A stretch of 64,000 nt of DNA from Octopus sinensis (GCF_006345805.1 NC_043014.1:51336001-51400000); one strand, 5' to 3'. Counted from the first letter of the stretch, positions 1 to 14,853 are shown. Translations and numbers: made by a program. Notes: generated from the letters alone by a model not told the origin.

Positions 1-32
<32 letters not shown>

Positions 33-527
33 ATTTATTTACAATGAAAGAAACTATTATATAGTATAACATATGTGATGTCAAAACACAATTCCATTAT
101 TTATGGTAGATTTAAAGGTATATGTTGATTCCTGTTTTTCCTGTATATATTCAAGGCACGGCATCTTCTATCACTGCCATGTGTGTGACTCGAATCATAC
201 AAAATAAAGCTTCAAATATTAATGGCGGATATAAATTGTAAAAATGCTGTTAAGTATCTCCACTTGATGAGCCATTATCGCTACTGTTATGTATAAACAC
301 GTTTTTACTCTACTCTTTAAGGTCTTGCCTGTCTGTTAATATCTTAAGTGAGTTTTTGAGTACATGCGTGAGATTGTGATTGGAGTTTTATGTGTAATTA
401 ACACCAATAGAACTGGAATGCGGAACACGTGTTGCTACATGTGTGTGTGTATGTGGGAGGGGGGGTAATTATTATTTGAGCGCTGTATGTTCCTGTATTG
501 ATTCGTTTGATTAATTAGTTCCTAGGC

Positions 528-687
528 ATGTGTGTGTGTGTATGCATGTATGTATGTGTGTGTGTGAACGTATGTGAATATATATGCTTATATGTATATA
601 TTTGTGTGTGTGTGTTTGTATATATATATATATATTTGCGTATATATATAAGTATATATTTGTGTATATATATATATATATATTTGC

Positions 688-725
<38 letters not shown>

Positions 726-799
726 GTATATATCGGTATGTATATATTGTGTGTGTGTGTCTGTGTTTGTATGTATATATATATATATATATATTTGCG

Positions 800-831
<32 letters not shown>

Positions 832-899
832 CGTATATATATATATATATATATATATATTTGCGTATGTATATATATATATATATATATATATTTGCG

Positions 900-942
<43 letters not shown>

Positions 943-1225
943 ATATGAATATATCGGTATGTATATATTTGTGTGTGTGTGTTATATATATATATATATA
1001 AGGAGAGAGAGAGAGAGAGAGAAAAAATATTTCAACATATCTATACCTATATATGCATACATTTATATCTCAATATAAATAAATGTATAGCTAACTCTAT
1101 CTATCTACATGCGCGCGCACACACACGCACATTCATATACATATACACACATATACTCACATACACACACATGCACAAAGAAAAACATATATATACATAT
1201 TATATATACAATACGTATGTATAAC
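528..1225. repeat. Compound (TG)n/(TA)n/(GA)n/(CA)n microsatellite with recurring TTTGCG spacer
   Basis: Direct inspection. Confidence 0.95.
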
Positions 1226-1778
1226 GCCAGTTTGTACAGACTGATGCAATTTCTGCTATGAAATATTAATAACTATTAGATAAAAGTAGCGACACCTATC
1301 GTTCGCCGAATGATGACCCACATTCTGGCCAGTTGGCTTGCAGGCTTGCTTTATTTGCTAGCTATTTCAAAGTCTGCTTCCTTTTAATTCTGCCGCAATA
1401 TAGTGCGGTAATTGCAGCGAGAGGAAAGCATACAGAGACATCTATGAACAAAATGGTATTGCCAACAAGTATGGTACGTAACACCAATATATATTGCTAT
1501 TCACGATTACAGCCACCATATTAAATGGTGTGAGGAGCTGGTGGTGTGGGTGTTGAATGTGCTCTGCCTCGTGGTTAGAGCGTTCTTTTCCGTAATCTAA
1601 GGATCGTGGATTCGATTCCCGGATCAGAGGCGCCTTTGTCTTCTCAGGCAAATGCTTTATTTCACGTCCTGTGCGTTTGATAGCTATGATAATACATGGG
1701 AGTTTATTAAGACCAGTGGTGTATAATATCCGATAATCTTGTGAACACAGTGTCTGTAAGTGTGTGTGTGTGTGTACG

Positions 1779-2147
1779 AACCACATGGTTCCGGGTTCAG
1801 TCCCACAGCGTGGCACCTTGGGCAAGTGTCTTCTACTATAGCCTCGGACTGACCAAAGCCTTGTGAGTGGATTTGGTAGACGGAAACTGAAAGAAGCCCG
1901 TCGTATATATGTATATATATATATATATGTGTGTGTGTGTATATATTTGTGTGTCTGTGTTTGTTCCCCCAACATCGCTTGACAACCGATGCTGGTGTGT
2001 TTACGTCCCCGTAACCTAGCGGTTCGGCAAAAGAGACCGATAGAATAAGTACTGGGCTTACAAAGAATAAGTCCTAGGGTCGATTTGCTCGACTAAAAGA
2101 CGGTGCTCCAGCATGGCCGCAGTCAAATGACTGAAACAAGTAAAAGA

Positions 2148-2150
<3 letters not shown>
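1779..2150 (+). mobile_element. tRNA-derived SINE family A (CORE-like), 5'-truncated
   Basis: GGTTCCGGGTTCAGTCCC B-box-like head, CACCTTGGGCAAGTGTCTT core, internal (TA)n(TG)n, tail CAGCATGGCCGCAGTC..GAAACAAGTAAAAGA. Confidence 0.9.
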
Positions 2151-2187
<37 letters not shown>

Positions 2188-2193
<6 letters not shown>

Positions 2194-2403
2194 CCTTCAC
2201 CATCTCGCGGTTCACCAATCGTGGCTCATTATTTAAGTTTATGTCGCTTCCCCCGTGGTATTGTTTTGCATTTATAATAAAAAGAAATATATACAAATTA
2301 TAAAAATAATAAAAATACAGTACAGTACTGTTTTACTTCGTGGATTTTCACCTATCGCGGGGAGTGTTGGAGCGTAACACCCACGATAGTCGAGGGATTA
2401 CTA
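2188..2403. mobile_element. pogo/Tigger-like MITE
   Basis: Right TIR CGATAGTCGAGGGATTACTA, a degenerate left TIR, repeated TCGCGG sub-terminal motifs and TA context. Confidence 0.6.
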
Positions 2404-3595
2404 AATATATATTATATGATAATATGCAATGTTTTGTATATAATGCTAAATATGCATTTTGATGAAAATTGTATGAATTTATCTGAAAAATTCAAGGTAA
2501 TATTAAATGCAGAAGTTTACGAAACAGCTGTAATCATATGGAATTTATAACCATAATATCTCCTCGTTTTTTAGCATGTGTATGTATGGTTATATGTGTG
2601 CTTGTGTTTATATGTGTGTGTCTGTGTGTGTGTGTGGGGGGGGGGGCTGTATCACTTCAAATTTGTCCAACGACTGAGGTAAGTAAAGAAGATAGATGAG
2701 TCGTAATAGTAACGCACAGATTTCGCACGTGGTTTTTTCATTTTGCAACAATTCATTGTGATAAAAATTGATGTAATTTCTCGTTTCAATCCTTGTCGGA
2801 AATTCTCGGCGTAAGTGAATGGAGATTCAATTATAGTCATTTGTATTGGTGTCTTATGGAGATCGTTGAGCGATTGCATTTGCTAGTGTCACGTTCTTAG
2901 TAATAATAGCTGTCACCATTGTACTATATATTTGTATTAAAAACGTATATCTTTTCATTAGCAATACAGACCAAACTAACTTTCTCAAGTAATCCGCTCG
3001 AATCGATTGAATTGTCTAATCTGTGTTACAGATACGCGTATTATCGACTCTGAATGGCTTAACCAGCAACAAAAAGACATAAAATCTGTCAGCATTCGAA
3101 ATCGGACCGGAGATTAACTGCTTTTATATTATAGATATTTAAATACTCTAGCATTCGTTAGAACAACGTAGAGCTTCTAATCCAGTACGAGAAAGCCTTT
3201 AGCTGTCTGTATGTATTGCTAGATATAGCAGCCAAATTTCTTTCTTTCAAATAAAAACCATATTCTGTTATTACAAGAAGGCTACAAAAATGGTCAGTGT
3301 TAGAAATAGGAACGGATATTTACAAGATCTACATTTTATTATTTAATTATCCTACCATTTCTGACAGCATATAGATTCTGAGCCAAAAAGACAGACTCTA
3401 GATGGGCAAACGATTAGCTAGATATAGCAGCCAAATTTTTCTCTTGATTCTCTCAAATTACATGATTATATTATTAACATACGAAGTACATGGCCTTGTT
3501 TTAGATGCAGGCAGAAAGTATGGTCTGGACATGGCTCGCAATGAGCTATTATCAAGTGTCCGCAAGATATTAAGCCTAAGACTATATAATATATA

Positions 3596-3945
3596 TTCTT
3601 TTATTTGTTTCAGTCATTTGACTGCTGCCATTCTGGAGCACCGCTTTTAGTCGAATAAATCGACCCCAAGCGTTATTCTTTGTAAGAGTAGTACTTGTTC
3701 TAACAGTTCTTTTGCCGAACCTCTAAGTTATGGGGTCTTAAACACACCAGCTTCGGTTGTCAAGCGATATTGGGGGACAAATACTCACACATATATATAC
3801 GACAGGCTTCTTTCAGTTTCCGTCTTCTAAATTCACTCACAAACTTTGTTCGGCCGGAGGCTATGCCAGAAACACTTGACCACGGTGCCACGCAGTGGGA
3901 CTGAACCCAGAACCATGTAGGAAGCAAACTTCTCACCACACAACA
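3596..3945 (-). mobile_element. SINE family A
   Basis: Reverse complement of the 1779-2150 consensus. Confidence 0.85.
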
Positions 3946-3969
3946 ACGCTTCAGTGAGAAATCACTGGA

Positions 3970-4085
3970 TTCCATATTTATCGATTTTCCACACGGAAAG
4001 TTTGAGCGTGATTCTGATGTCTCTGATGACGGCAAGTAATCCGGAACTTCGAAGTCCTATTCATCCTAAACTTTGTAAACAGTTA
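3970..4085 (+). mobile_element. PLE-type terminus fragment with minimal hammerhead-like motif
   Basis: CTGATGACGG..CCGGAACTTCGAAGTCCTATT at 4023-4061 shares ACTTCGAAGTC with 33164-33174. Confidence 0.45.
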
Positions 4086-5874
4086 TAGGTGCACAGACAA
4101 ACATACACATAGATTTGAGCATACGTGAGTGAGAGAGACAAACAAAAAAATATATACTAAAACTGTTATGAATAAAATAAAATGAAAGAAGAAGAAGAAA
4201 GGGGGGAGTTAAGAGAATTAAACAGTCAAAGAAAAAATGAAATAACGTAGACCATGTGACCGACAAAGTCGCTTGCAATAATAAGATGGCTACCAGTCCA
4301 GCTTGATGAATATTTGTAGAAAGTAGATACGATATTTTCGTTTAAGTTTTATTGTGTTCCAATGTAATTGTGGGATTGTTTCTGAGTGTCAGGTGGAATA
4401 CAAGCGAGAAACTGGCGATGTAAAGCACTGAATAATGTATCTGCGAATTTTGGAAACCTGTAACTGTGATGTGTGAGAGAGAAAATGTTTATGTATGGAA
4501 GCAAGGGATTGTTGCGTATATTAAAGGTGTATGTAAATTGATCAGCTCTCTTTTCTCCCTCTCTCTCTCTTTCTCCTTCTCTTTCTATCTGTCTATCTAG
4601 CTCACCATCCATCAATTTATCCATCTCTACATCCAAAGAAATAACTACCTCTTCATCTCTCCGTCCATGCATATCTGTATATCTGTCCATGTATCACTCT
4701 ATCCATCCTTTCATCCACCTACATACATACATATGTATGCATATATATATATATGTATATATATATATATGTCACATGATAAATGAAAGATGTTACTGAG
4801 ATTTGTCTTGGGAAATGCGTAGATGAATGCGAGATAGACAAACTCTAAAGTAGCAAGTGAAATCCGATAAAATATGATAACCAGGAATGTCTCCAGAGTG
4901 TTAGAGACATTGAGATTTACAGCATTATTCCTCCTGATGCCTACATATTCGCAGATAGAATCACACACACATACACATATACAAGAATACTTATCTAAAC
5001 ACATACACATACACACCCTTCTCAAGCGGATTTCTTCAAGTATAAATATGCATAGACTAAAGTTCACAGCATTAGGAGCGGTCGTGAAAACATTCGCTGG
5101 TTGAATTTCCAAGTTACAGTAACGTAGATATAAAATTTCGACAGATTTCCCATTGTCATTCAACAGTATTTATAATTTTGACAACGATATTTAAAACGCG
5201 ACAACTATTTTTGGTCTATATGTAATATACGAGAATATCGTCTGCTAATTCGGTATTCATAAATGCACATATCGCAAACAGATAACTTTCTTGTTGTTTC
5301 ATGCCGTATGCAAATTTGAACGTGAGCGAACAAGTAATCTACTGGTAATTGAAGGAAACGAAACCATTTCAATACCCAGGAGGGGAATTTCAATGTGTTA
5401 GCAACTCCTGCTGCTTATTTTCTTCTTCATTTCACACGACTTATGGCTAAGACTTTCTTTTAACCAATGAAGTCTTGGCTCAGCTATTTTATTTGAACCA
5501 ATCAAGACTTCACTAGTTGTTGATGTTAACTTAAACGTTTTACTGCTGCAAGCAGATACAACCGCTCAAAATTTGACTCCTGTCCTGTGCAGGAAGCAGT
5601 TATATATAGCAATCAATGTTTTGATAAAGAATATCATATTTGAAGTTATTTTCTATCGAGATACATCAAATTTTATTGAGGTACTACGACTTGTAGAAAT
5701 TCCATTTTATGGCAAGTATTTAATTTCATTTCTGGGATAACTATGAAATTTGATTTAGCGATTAATGGGTTAGCCCTTCAGAAGGGAGGCCTCTTTTAGA
5801 ACAGAAATTAGCTATATCGTATGACCATTTAGTCTCTCTCTCACTGGCTCAGAAAATATGTTGTTATAAACCAT

Positions 5875-6130
5875 TTACTCCTTGCTGCCATTTGACCATA
5901 GCCATGCTGGGGTTCGGTCTTGAAGGGTTTGGTCAAAATAATCGACCCCAGTGCGTATTTTGGAATCTCTGGCTTAATCTATCAGTTGCTTTTGCCGACC
6001 TCATATATACACACGATGGGTTTCCTTATAGTTTCCATCTAACAAATTTATTCATAGATTTGTCAGTCCGAGATGTAGTAGACATTTGCACATAATGCCG
6101 CTCCGTAGAACGAAACCGGAAACACGTGAT
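5875..6130 (-). mobile_element. SINE family A, degenerate
   Basis: GCCATGCTGG..CGACCCCAGT..TTTGCCGA..AGTTTCCATCTAACAAAT remnants. Confidence 0.6.
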
Positions 6131-6509
6131 TACGAAGTGAACTTCTAAAGCATAAAGCATAGATGTATCTGTGTGTGTATATATACATACATACATAGAT
6201 GTATATATATACATATATACATACATAGATGTATATGTACATATATAGATGTATATAAACATACAGACATACATAGATGTATATATGTGCATGAATGCTT
6301 CTTCTTGCATATATCTACATACATATCTATTCAGATATATACGCACACTGATATATATGTGTGTGTTTAGGTGGTTAAATATATATATGTTGAAAGAATA
6401 GATACACGCAGAGAAGATATGAATATGTAGAAAAATCAATAAAGAATTTGGAAAAAAAACTAAGTCGTACCAGCACACACACAAACACTCACATATATGT
6501 GTGTGTGCG

Positions 6510-6547
<38 letters not shown>

Positions 6548-6961
6548 TGCATACTTTTGTGCGTATGTTTGTGAAATAGCTATCAATATGTAAGCTATTG
6601 AACCCATTCATGAGAAATGTTATATAAATATATTAAATACGAAAGGTCTTTGTTTGCACAAAACAGCATGTCACGATACAGCGATGATATAATTAGAACA
6701 AATATTTGAAACTATCAAAGAAAGACTTGTAAATAACACAAACGATTCGATATTCTATTTAAATGCAATATATATATGTAAACAACATCAACTCAATAAT
6801 TTAAAATGAAATTTTGTCTAAATTCTGACCTTAAATACCTAATGATATTGATTTAATATTTCAATATAGAATCTTAAATTGTTTACGTTTCTAGCAGAGA
6901 TTTCTTTTGAAATCCCGTATGACATTTGTCTAGAATCTTTCAATTCTCTACTTCACTGATT

Positions 6962-7712
6962 GAATCTATCTATCTATTTATCTATCTATCTATTTATCTA
7001 TCTATCTATTTATCTATCTATCTATTTATCTATCTATCTCTGCCTTTCTCTCTCTCTCTCTCTCTCTCTGCCTTTATATATATATCTGCCTATCTCCCTA
7101 TCCGTCTCTCTCTTTTCATATCTCTCTATCTGTCTCTCTCTTTTCCTATCTCTCTATCTGTCTCTATCTTTTCCTATCTCTCTATCCGTCCATCTCTCTC
7201 TTTCTGCCTATCTCTCTTTCCGTCGTTCTCTTTCTGCCTATTCCTTTATCCGTCCCTCTCTTTCTCTCTCTATTAATTCGTCTCTCTCTTCCCCTGTCTC
7301 TCTCTTCCCCTGTCTCTCTCTTCCCCGTCTCTCTTTTTCCCTGTCTCTCTCTTCTCTCTGTCTCTCTCTCTTCCCTCTGTCTCTCTCTCTTCCCTCTGTC
7401 TCTCTCTCTTCCCTCTGTCTCTCTCTCTTCCCTCTGTCTCTCTCTCTTCCCTCTGTCTCTCTCTCTTCCCTCTGTCTCTCTCTTCCTCTGTCTCTCTCTT
7501 CCCTCTACCTCTCTCTTCTCACTATCTCTCTTTTCTCACTATCTCTCTTTTCTCACTATCTCTCTCTTCTCACTATCTCTCTCTTCTCACTATCTCTCTC
7601 TTCTCACTATCTCTCTCTTCTCACTATCTCTCTCTTCTCACTATCTCTCTCTTCTCTCTATCTCTCTCTTCTCTCTATCTCTCTCTTCTCACTATCTCTC
7701 TCTTCCCACTAT
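6962..7712. repeat. (TATC)n plus CT-rich minisatellite
   Basis: Polypyrimidine tract with repeated CCTCTGTCTCTCTCTCTT and CTCACTATCTCTCTCTT units. Confidence 0.95.
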
Positions 7713-8559
7713 CAATCCGTTCCTGTAAATATCTACCCATCTCTACTTTTCGTTGTCCGTGCGCATATATCTATTTATCCATCTGCCTCTATATCTGTTG
7801 GTCTCTCTGCCTCTCCGTGTCTACTTCTCTCTATGTATGTATCGACGCGTTTATACCCAACTAAGTAAAATAAATACGCCCCCCCACATGCATATACATA
7901 CACACACACACACATATATATATAATATATATATATCAAAGCATATAGATGCATAGCCATATTTTTATGATAGCAAAGACAGCTATTATTATATTACATG
8001 GTAATCGTGTGTTGACGTACGGAGGGTGGAAATGTAATCGGAGATATGCTTTTGTGCAATATTTCCCCGTTCTGTGCAATTACGTTTTACTTATATGGAT
8101 TCTGTGCATGTACAGCTTTGTAGTTAGTCAAAGGCCTGTGTGTGTTATTAAAGTTTGTGTTATTTGTGGCATTAATACAATATTCTGACGTCAATGACAA
8201 TATGTTTTACTATTGTGAAATTTCTGTGTGTTTGTCTTAGTTAGAAAACCTATTTCAATAAATAATATATTTTTAAATTACGATTTTGGAAATGTCTTTG
8301 AAAATTTTGAGACGTTTAAAGTCTTTTATTGAATTCATTTCAGCGTAAATAAACCACCAGAACGAACAGTTACGAATAATAATAATAAATAATAATAATA
8401 ATAATAATAATGATTTGATTTATTTGCCACAAGGGCCAGGATGAGAGGGACAATACAAAGATAGGCATAAAATGTAGGGTTTGCATATAATGAAATAAAA
8501 AAAAAAGGGAAATATACATGGTGTACACTGAAAAAGGGACATATGCATAGCCATAATAA

Positions 8560-9000
8560 TTATTATTTCAAATATTTTTTTGCCACAAGGGTAACTTGAG
8601 GAAGGTGGGGATGAATCGATTACATCAATTGGTCCTTATTTTATCGATTACGAGAGGATGAATGACAAAGTCGACCTCGGCTGAAGTTGAACTCAGAAGG
8701 TAGTAACGGGCGAAAACAGAATGATAATATTAATAATTATATATTTCTTTATTGCCCACAATGGGCTAAACATAGAGGGGACAAACAAAGGATTAATAAT
8801 AATAATAATAATAATAATAATGATAATAATGGTTTCAAATTTTGCCAGAAGGCCGGCATTATCAGGCAGAGGAATATCGATTCCATCTAACCAAGTGTTC
8901 AACTGGTATTAATAATTCCACCCTGAAAGAATAAAAAGCAAAGTCGACATCGACGGAATTTGAACTCAGAACGTAAAGAGGGAGGCACTTCTGTTCAGTA
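8560..9000 (-). mobile_element. Cluster of degenerate SINE family B copies in (AAT)n
   Basis: AAAGTCGAC..GAA(G/T)TTGAACTCAGAA motif occurs twice, separated by (AAT)n. Confidence 0.7.
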
Positions 9001-9026
9001 TTGACCGGTGATTCTGCCACTCCCCC

Positions 9027-9160
9027 CAATTCACTCACAAGGCTTTGGTCAGCTCGTGGCTTGAGTAAAAACACTCGTTGAAGGTTCAACGCATTGGGAT
9101 TGGACCCGGGAACATGTGGTTGGGAAACGAATAACTAACCAAACAGCTACGCTTGCGCCT
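9027..9160 (-). mobile_element. SINE family A, 5' portion
   Basis: CACTCACAAGGCTTTGGTC..CATGTGGTTGG..GCGCC. Confidence 0.65.
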
Positions 9161-9384
9161 ATGTCTTGTTAAAACTATCGTCCTATTCCCCGTCCGAAAT
9201 GTATTTTCTATGGACTGTGCGGCATGGAAAAAGAAACCTCATCAACGTTGAAGCTTCAACGGATGGACATTTCTATAAGATTATTTTATATTTAAAATAA
9301 TTCAAAATGCCTGAATTTTCACAGACGGTGCCTGCCAGTGTCTTCGCATGTATCGCAATACTTGAACATAGGTCCGTGTAAAAC

Positions 9385-9530
9385 AATGATTCTCATCCAG
9401 GGCCCATATGATTCCCGGGGGCCCACGAAAGGTTCCACAAGCAAAAGACTATATTGAGGACCTACACAAGTAATATTAAAAGTCATTGAAAAATTTTGAG
9501 ATGTACTTGCGACAAGAAACATCTTAATTT
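9385..9530 (+). mobile_element. Possible hAT-type MITE fragment
   Basis: TTCTCATCCAGGGCCCATATGATTCCCGGGGGCCCAC resembles CAGTGGTTCTCAACC..GGGGGTCC hAT ends. Confidence 0.35.
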
Positions 9531-10770
9531 CTTTCTCTACACAAGTTAATGAGTGTAAAACAAACAGAATAGGAATTTTGAAAAAAATATCTGAGAATGT
9601 AAAGTATATTTGCAATCTAAATATGGCTAACCACTAAGGGATGGGGGTGTTACTGTAGCTTGTAGCCCCATTTAGCCACAATTAGATTGCAAATATACTT
9701 CACATTGTCGTGCAGTTACTGTTTATACCTCGTTCAGAGATTTATTATTATCTCTAAGAATATTTTCTAAACATCAAATGTGTATGGGTGTCCGTTAGAT
9801 TAAAACAATAATCAGAGGTATCCACAGATGAAAAAATGGCTGAGAACGCACCGCTGTAAAGAATATTTCCCCGCATCCACTTCAATTCCATGAGTAGATT
9901 ATACAGAATGTTGATGGCCCAAAACATATCCTGGTAAACCGACAAGGAATCCACCCAATATAAACAAATGTGAAATAGCGTTTGTAAGAATCGCTTTCGG
10001 TTTTTTTAAACACAAACATCACGCAGGTTGTTGATATTTTGATAATGGAGTCAGACATAACATACTTAATAAGCTTGTCAATAAATAACTTGGCTAATCT
10101 TCTGTGATTATGATTCTTGGAATAATCTAGACGGGAATCTAGATGCAAGTTTTCCAGACACGCAAAAACACAAACATAGAATTGATTTTTAAAAACAAGT
10201 TTATTGAATTTCAAACTAAAACAACGGAAAATTCAATAATTAATATTAAAGAAAATATTTAGAAATAGAATTCATACATCTACTCTCTCTCTGTCTCTTT
10301 CTCCCTCTCTCTTTCTCTCCTTCTCTCTTTCTCCCCTCTCTCTTTCTCCCTCTCTCTTTCTCCCTTTCTCTCTTTCTCCCTCTCTCACACACACATACAC
10401 ACACATTGTGCGTGTGTATGTGTGTCTATGAGACGTAAATGCATATAACATTCATAAAGTTTGTGTATATATATGTGCGTATATATATATACAAACACAC
10501 ATATATATACGTGCATATATGTATATATGTATATGCATATACACACATAATGACACACACACACACACCTCATCTAGTCATATAATGGACATTCGCATAT
10601 TACTTATATAATCACGTCCGTGTATCGCTGTTTGTCGTCTGACAACTGGTCACAAGTGACCAGCTATTTATAACGCCGTGAAGCACACAGCTTATATTCC
10701 TGCTATTAGCGATTAAACCAGTAATCTCTCTCAAATGTATATATTACTACCTGAGGCAAATCAACGACAT

Positions 10771-10813
<43 letters not shown>

Positions 10814-11099
10814 GTATATCCGTTATTACTTTTCATACAGTGTAGCATTTAAATAATAATGGTTATGCGATTTAGTTCTCTGTGACGATTTAACACAGGA
10901 GCAAAAGTGCGTTGTACTAATCTAGTCGCATATAACTAAATTATACAGTAGGACTGTTATTAGGCTTATTTACTTAGCGACGTATTATATTGGTTTTACT
11001 AGAAATCATTAACCCTCTTCTTCACAAAACATCCGCAGTACAAGTAGAAATACTTTTAAAAATAAATATAACTAACACACTTAGACGTTCACCTCTGAA

Positions 11100-11530
11100 T
11101 ACATATCAAAGCACTACTAAGCTTTCCAAGGGTATCATGATCTCAACTTGCAAATAATCGTAAATTCCAAGATCAACTGGATAATTAGAGAGTCTATGAC
11201 TTCCTATATCAACGGAGTGTGTCTCATTCTCTCTGCTTCTCTGGAATGTTCTATATACTTGCTTAGAAAGTCTGTGTAGAAAGATTAAATCTATATTTAC
11301 CATTTGCTTGTCTCTTCAGAATATACATATTTTATGAATACTCAATTAGCTCTGTAAACTGTGCAATGCCCTCCATTTACGATTCTCAGCCGTATTCTCT
11401 AATCTGCTTCTACCTCGCATTTACATTCACCTTCAAGATTTGCTCACTTTTATTGTCAGCAACATAGTTTTGCTGCCCCTCTTCATGTTGCTTCTATCAC
11501 GATCGCAAAACGCATCATTTACAAGCAACT
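11100..11530 (-). mobile_element. Possible highly decayed non-LTR retrotransposon remnant (R4/Dong-like)
   Basis: Unique coding-like sequence with faint, frame-broken resemblance to the W.K.LHG / QDQ.L.T / RHD motif order. Weak. Confidence 0.25.
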
Positions 11531-12173
11531 ATGTCGAATATATCGGCGAATTTCTTTGATTCTATTCAACATTATTATTTATATCGACACTCTCATTTGG
11601 ATTGCAGAATTTCACACGCTGAACATTGAGATTCGCTCATGCATATAACGAGGATAAATGCAGCCGATAGTTGTGTATTCATGACTCACAGTTCTATCAT
11701 CATTGGCACAAAGGAGGCCCATAAAATTCACACAAGCGCTCAGGTGAATTATATGTGTTACCGGATTAAATTACACTGACGACTAAAATCAAAATATACT
11801 TGCCCTTCTATTTGCATCTTCACCTTTAACTTTTAATGTCACAATGAGAATGTATATAAATGAACGTATATAATTATATAGGCTCGTGCGTGTATATACG
11901 TGTGGATGCAAACAATTATTCTTATGTAGGTACATACAAATTTTATAACGGTGTTATAAAATTATCAATATATAGATATATGGACATAACACCGACATCC
12001 CATACCAACCATACATAGAGAAATATTAGACATATCTGCATTTAACCCCCTCTCGTATTTATATGACATATACGGAAGAAATAGGGTGTGCACGTGCGCG
12101 TATAACATTGCTACCGTTCAGCATACAATCATTGAGATGTATAAATGTGCAGATGAACAAATGTATGCATGTA

Positions 12174-12219
<46 letters not shown>

Positions 12220-12412
12220 AACACACACACACACTCGCGCATGTATATATTCATGAGTATATGAATATGTATACTACTACAGCCTCTGATACTCTTTGCC
12301 AAAAAGGGAAACCTTTGTATTGTCATCCGTCGTTTCCCTTATGTACTTCCGAATCATATATCTATATATATATATATATATATAATTCTATGCTTGCGTG
12401 CGTACACATAGT

Positions 12413-12620
12413 GAAGGCGTATGGCTTAGTGCACTCGTGATTGCGAGTTCGATTCCCGAACCGGGCGTTGCGTTGTGTTCTCGAGCAAATTACTTCATTT
12501 CACGTTTGCTCTGCGATCATTTCGTCGTGTGGCATGTGGAACCCGTTGCACCTGTACAGGTAATGCCAATATGAGTGAGTGAGTGAGCTTATATCTGCAC
12601 AAGCATTTGATCAGTAATAA
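12413..12620 (+). mobile_element. Older tRNA/CORE-like SINE (related remnants at 1565-1740 and 40385-40500)
   Basis: GGCGTATGGCTTAGTG..GAGTTCGATTCCC..GTGTTCTCGAGCAAAT..CATTTCACGTT. Confidence 0.6.
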
Positions 12621-13029
12621 TATTTCTAAGTGGATTTTCCTACCTTTCAGACGATAACGAATATCTAATGATATAAAATTGAAAACGGACATTACGGTCA
12701 TGAAAGGACTGGAAATAGAAAAACCAAGTCTCTCAATTAGTAAGCGCTTTGTGAGGAATAACATGATGTACCGAAGTGTCCGGCACTCAAGTCGAATTTT
12801 AAGACCAAACTTTTTGGCCGAAGAGGAAAGTGTCTGTCTTTAGCCCTTTTAAAATTGTCCACCACACTAGCTTTTTCGCTACAGTCACCAGACAAATAAA
12901 AATTGCCTGCTCCTCCCGGCCAAAGACGGGCGGCGGGACAAACTTCCTTGTGGATTCATCTGATAGCCAAATCCATCCACACGCGACAAGAAGTATTCGA
13001 CATTTCTATAATAAAATTATTAATAGTAA

Positions 13030-13230
13030 TAATTTCAAAGTGTAGTAAAAAGGTCAGCGGTTTAGAGAGAGGGGGCAATTCGATTACATCAACTGGTCAA
13101 CGGTTCATATTTTATCGACCTCGAAAAACGAAAGGTAAACTCGCGTCAGCGAATTTGAACTCAGTGCAATAAGGACGGACGAAATACCGATAGGCATTTT
13201 GACCGACGTGCTAACGTTTCTGCTTGCTTA
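13030..13230 (-). mobile_element. SINE family B, degenerate
   Basis: TTTATCGACC..GAATTTGAACTCAG..GACGAAATACCG..GCTAACGTTTCTGC, followed by (AAT)n. Confidence 0.75.
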
Positions 13231-13799
13231 TTACTTTAATAATAATAATAATAATAATAATAATGGTAATAATAGTTATGAGTTCAATATCAGGAAGCGC
13301 TCTTGAGATCGAGCTATTACTCTGATGTAACCACATATTTATATACACGCGCCATCACCCTCGGAATTACACATACATACATACATGCACGTGCGCACAC
13401 GGACGTATGCATACGCACATGCAAGCGCACGGGGAAAGCTCACTCACACATATATACGTACACAGAAGACTACACAAGCACACAAAAGCGGGCATGCACG
13501 AGCACACATACACACACAAACACGCGAAATAATCACTTCAAACGTGTTCTTTCTTTCTCGAAGATCACACGTTTAACATTCCTTCAAAGTCCTTTTTATC
13601 CCGCTAATACACAGTTAACACGCAATAATATATACATAATGACGAACGAACGAACGGAGCCCGTAAGAATAGCAACAACGAGGTATTACAGCGTTTGTGA
13701 TTACCAAAAAAAGAAAAAAAAGAGAAAATTAACACAAGATAAAATAAAAATATGAAAAACAAATAAAGCGAGCACTGTACGTATTCATCACCTTTGATT

Positions 13800-14108
13800 G
13801 TGTGTCTCTGTATATATGTATGTATGTATATATATATATATAATATTATATATAATATATTAATATATATATACGCACATATATTGTTATATATATAATA
13901 TGTGTGTATATATACATATGTGCATATATTATATATATGTGTATATAATACATATGTGCATATATTATATATGGATATATATATATATGTGTATATATAT
14001 ATATATATGTGTAGTATATATATGTGTATGTATATATATATGTATGTATATATATATATGTTGTATATATATATGTATGTTATATATATATGTTATATAT
14101 ATGTATGT

Positions 14109-14139
<31 letters not shown>

Positions 14140-14818
14140 ATATATATATATTGTATATATATGTATGTGTATATATGTTGTATATATGTATGTGTATCTA
14201 GTATGTATATATGTATGTGTATATATGTATATATATATATATATATATATGTAGGTATGTATATATGTATATATAGTATGTATGTATGTATATATGTATA
14301 TATATATGTATGTATGTATATATGTATATATATATGTATGTATGTATAATGTATATATATATGTATGTATGTATATATGTATATATATGTATGTATGTAT
14401 ATATGTATATATGTATATATGTGTATATATGTATGTGTATATATGTATGTATATATATATATGTATGTATGTATGTATGTATATATGTAGGTATATATAT
14501 GTATGTGTATATATGTATGTATATATATATTAATGTATGTATATATATATATTGTATGTATTTTATGTATGTATGTATGTATGTATATATGTATGTATGT
14601 ATATATGTTAAGTATGTATATATATGTATGTATATATATTATGTATGTATATATATTATATATTGTATATATATGTATGTATGTATATATTATGTATATG
14701 TATATATATATATATGTATGTATGTATAATGATATGTATGTATATATATATATATATTATGTATGTATATATGTATATGTATATATATATAATATGTAGG
14801 GTATGGATATATGTTATG

Positions 14819-14853
<35 letters not shown>

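Noticed and set aside
2676-2684. GAG|GTAAGT as a second recursive site
   Set aside because: It is a good donor, but there is no pyrimidine tract and GAG is a poor acceptor; the upstream sequence is microsatellite.
6960-7868. Longest ORF (302 aa, Ser/Leu-rich)
   Set aside because: It is a CT minisatellite that lacks stop codons by composition.
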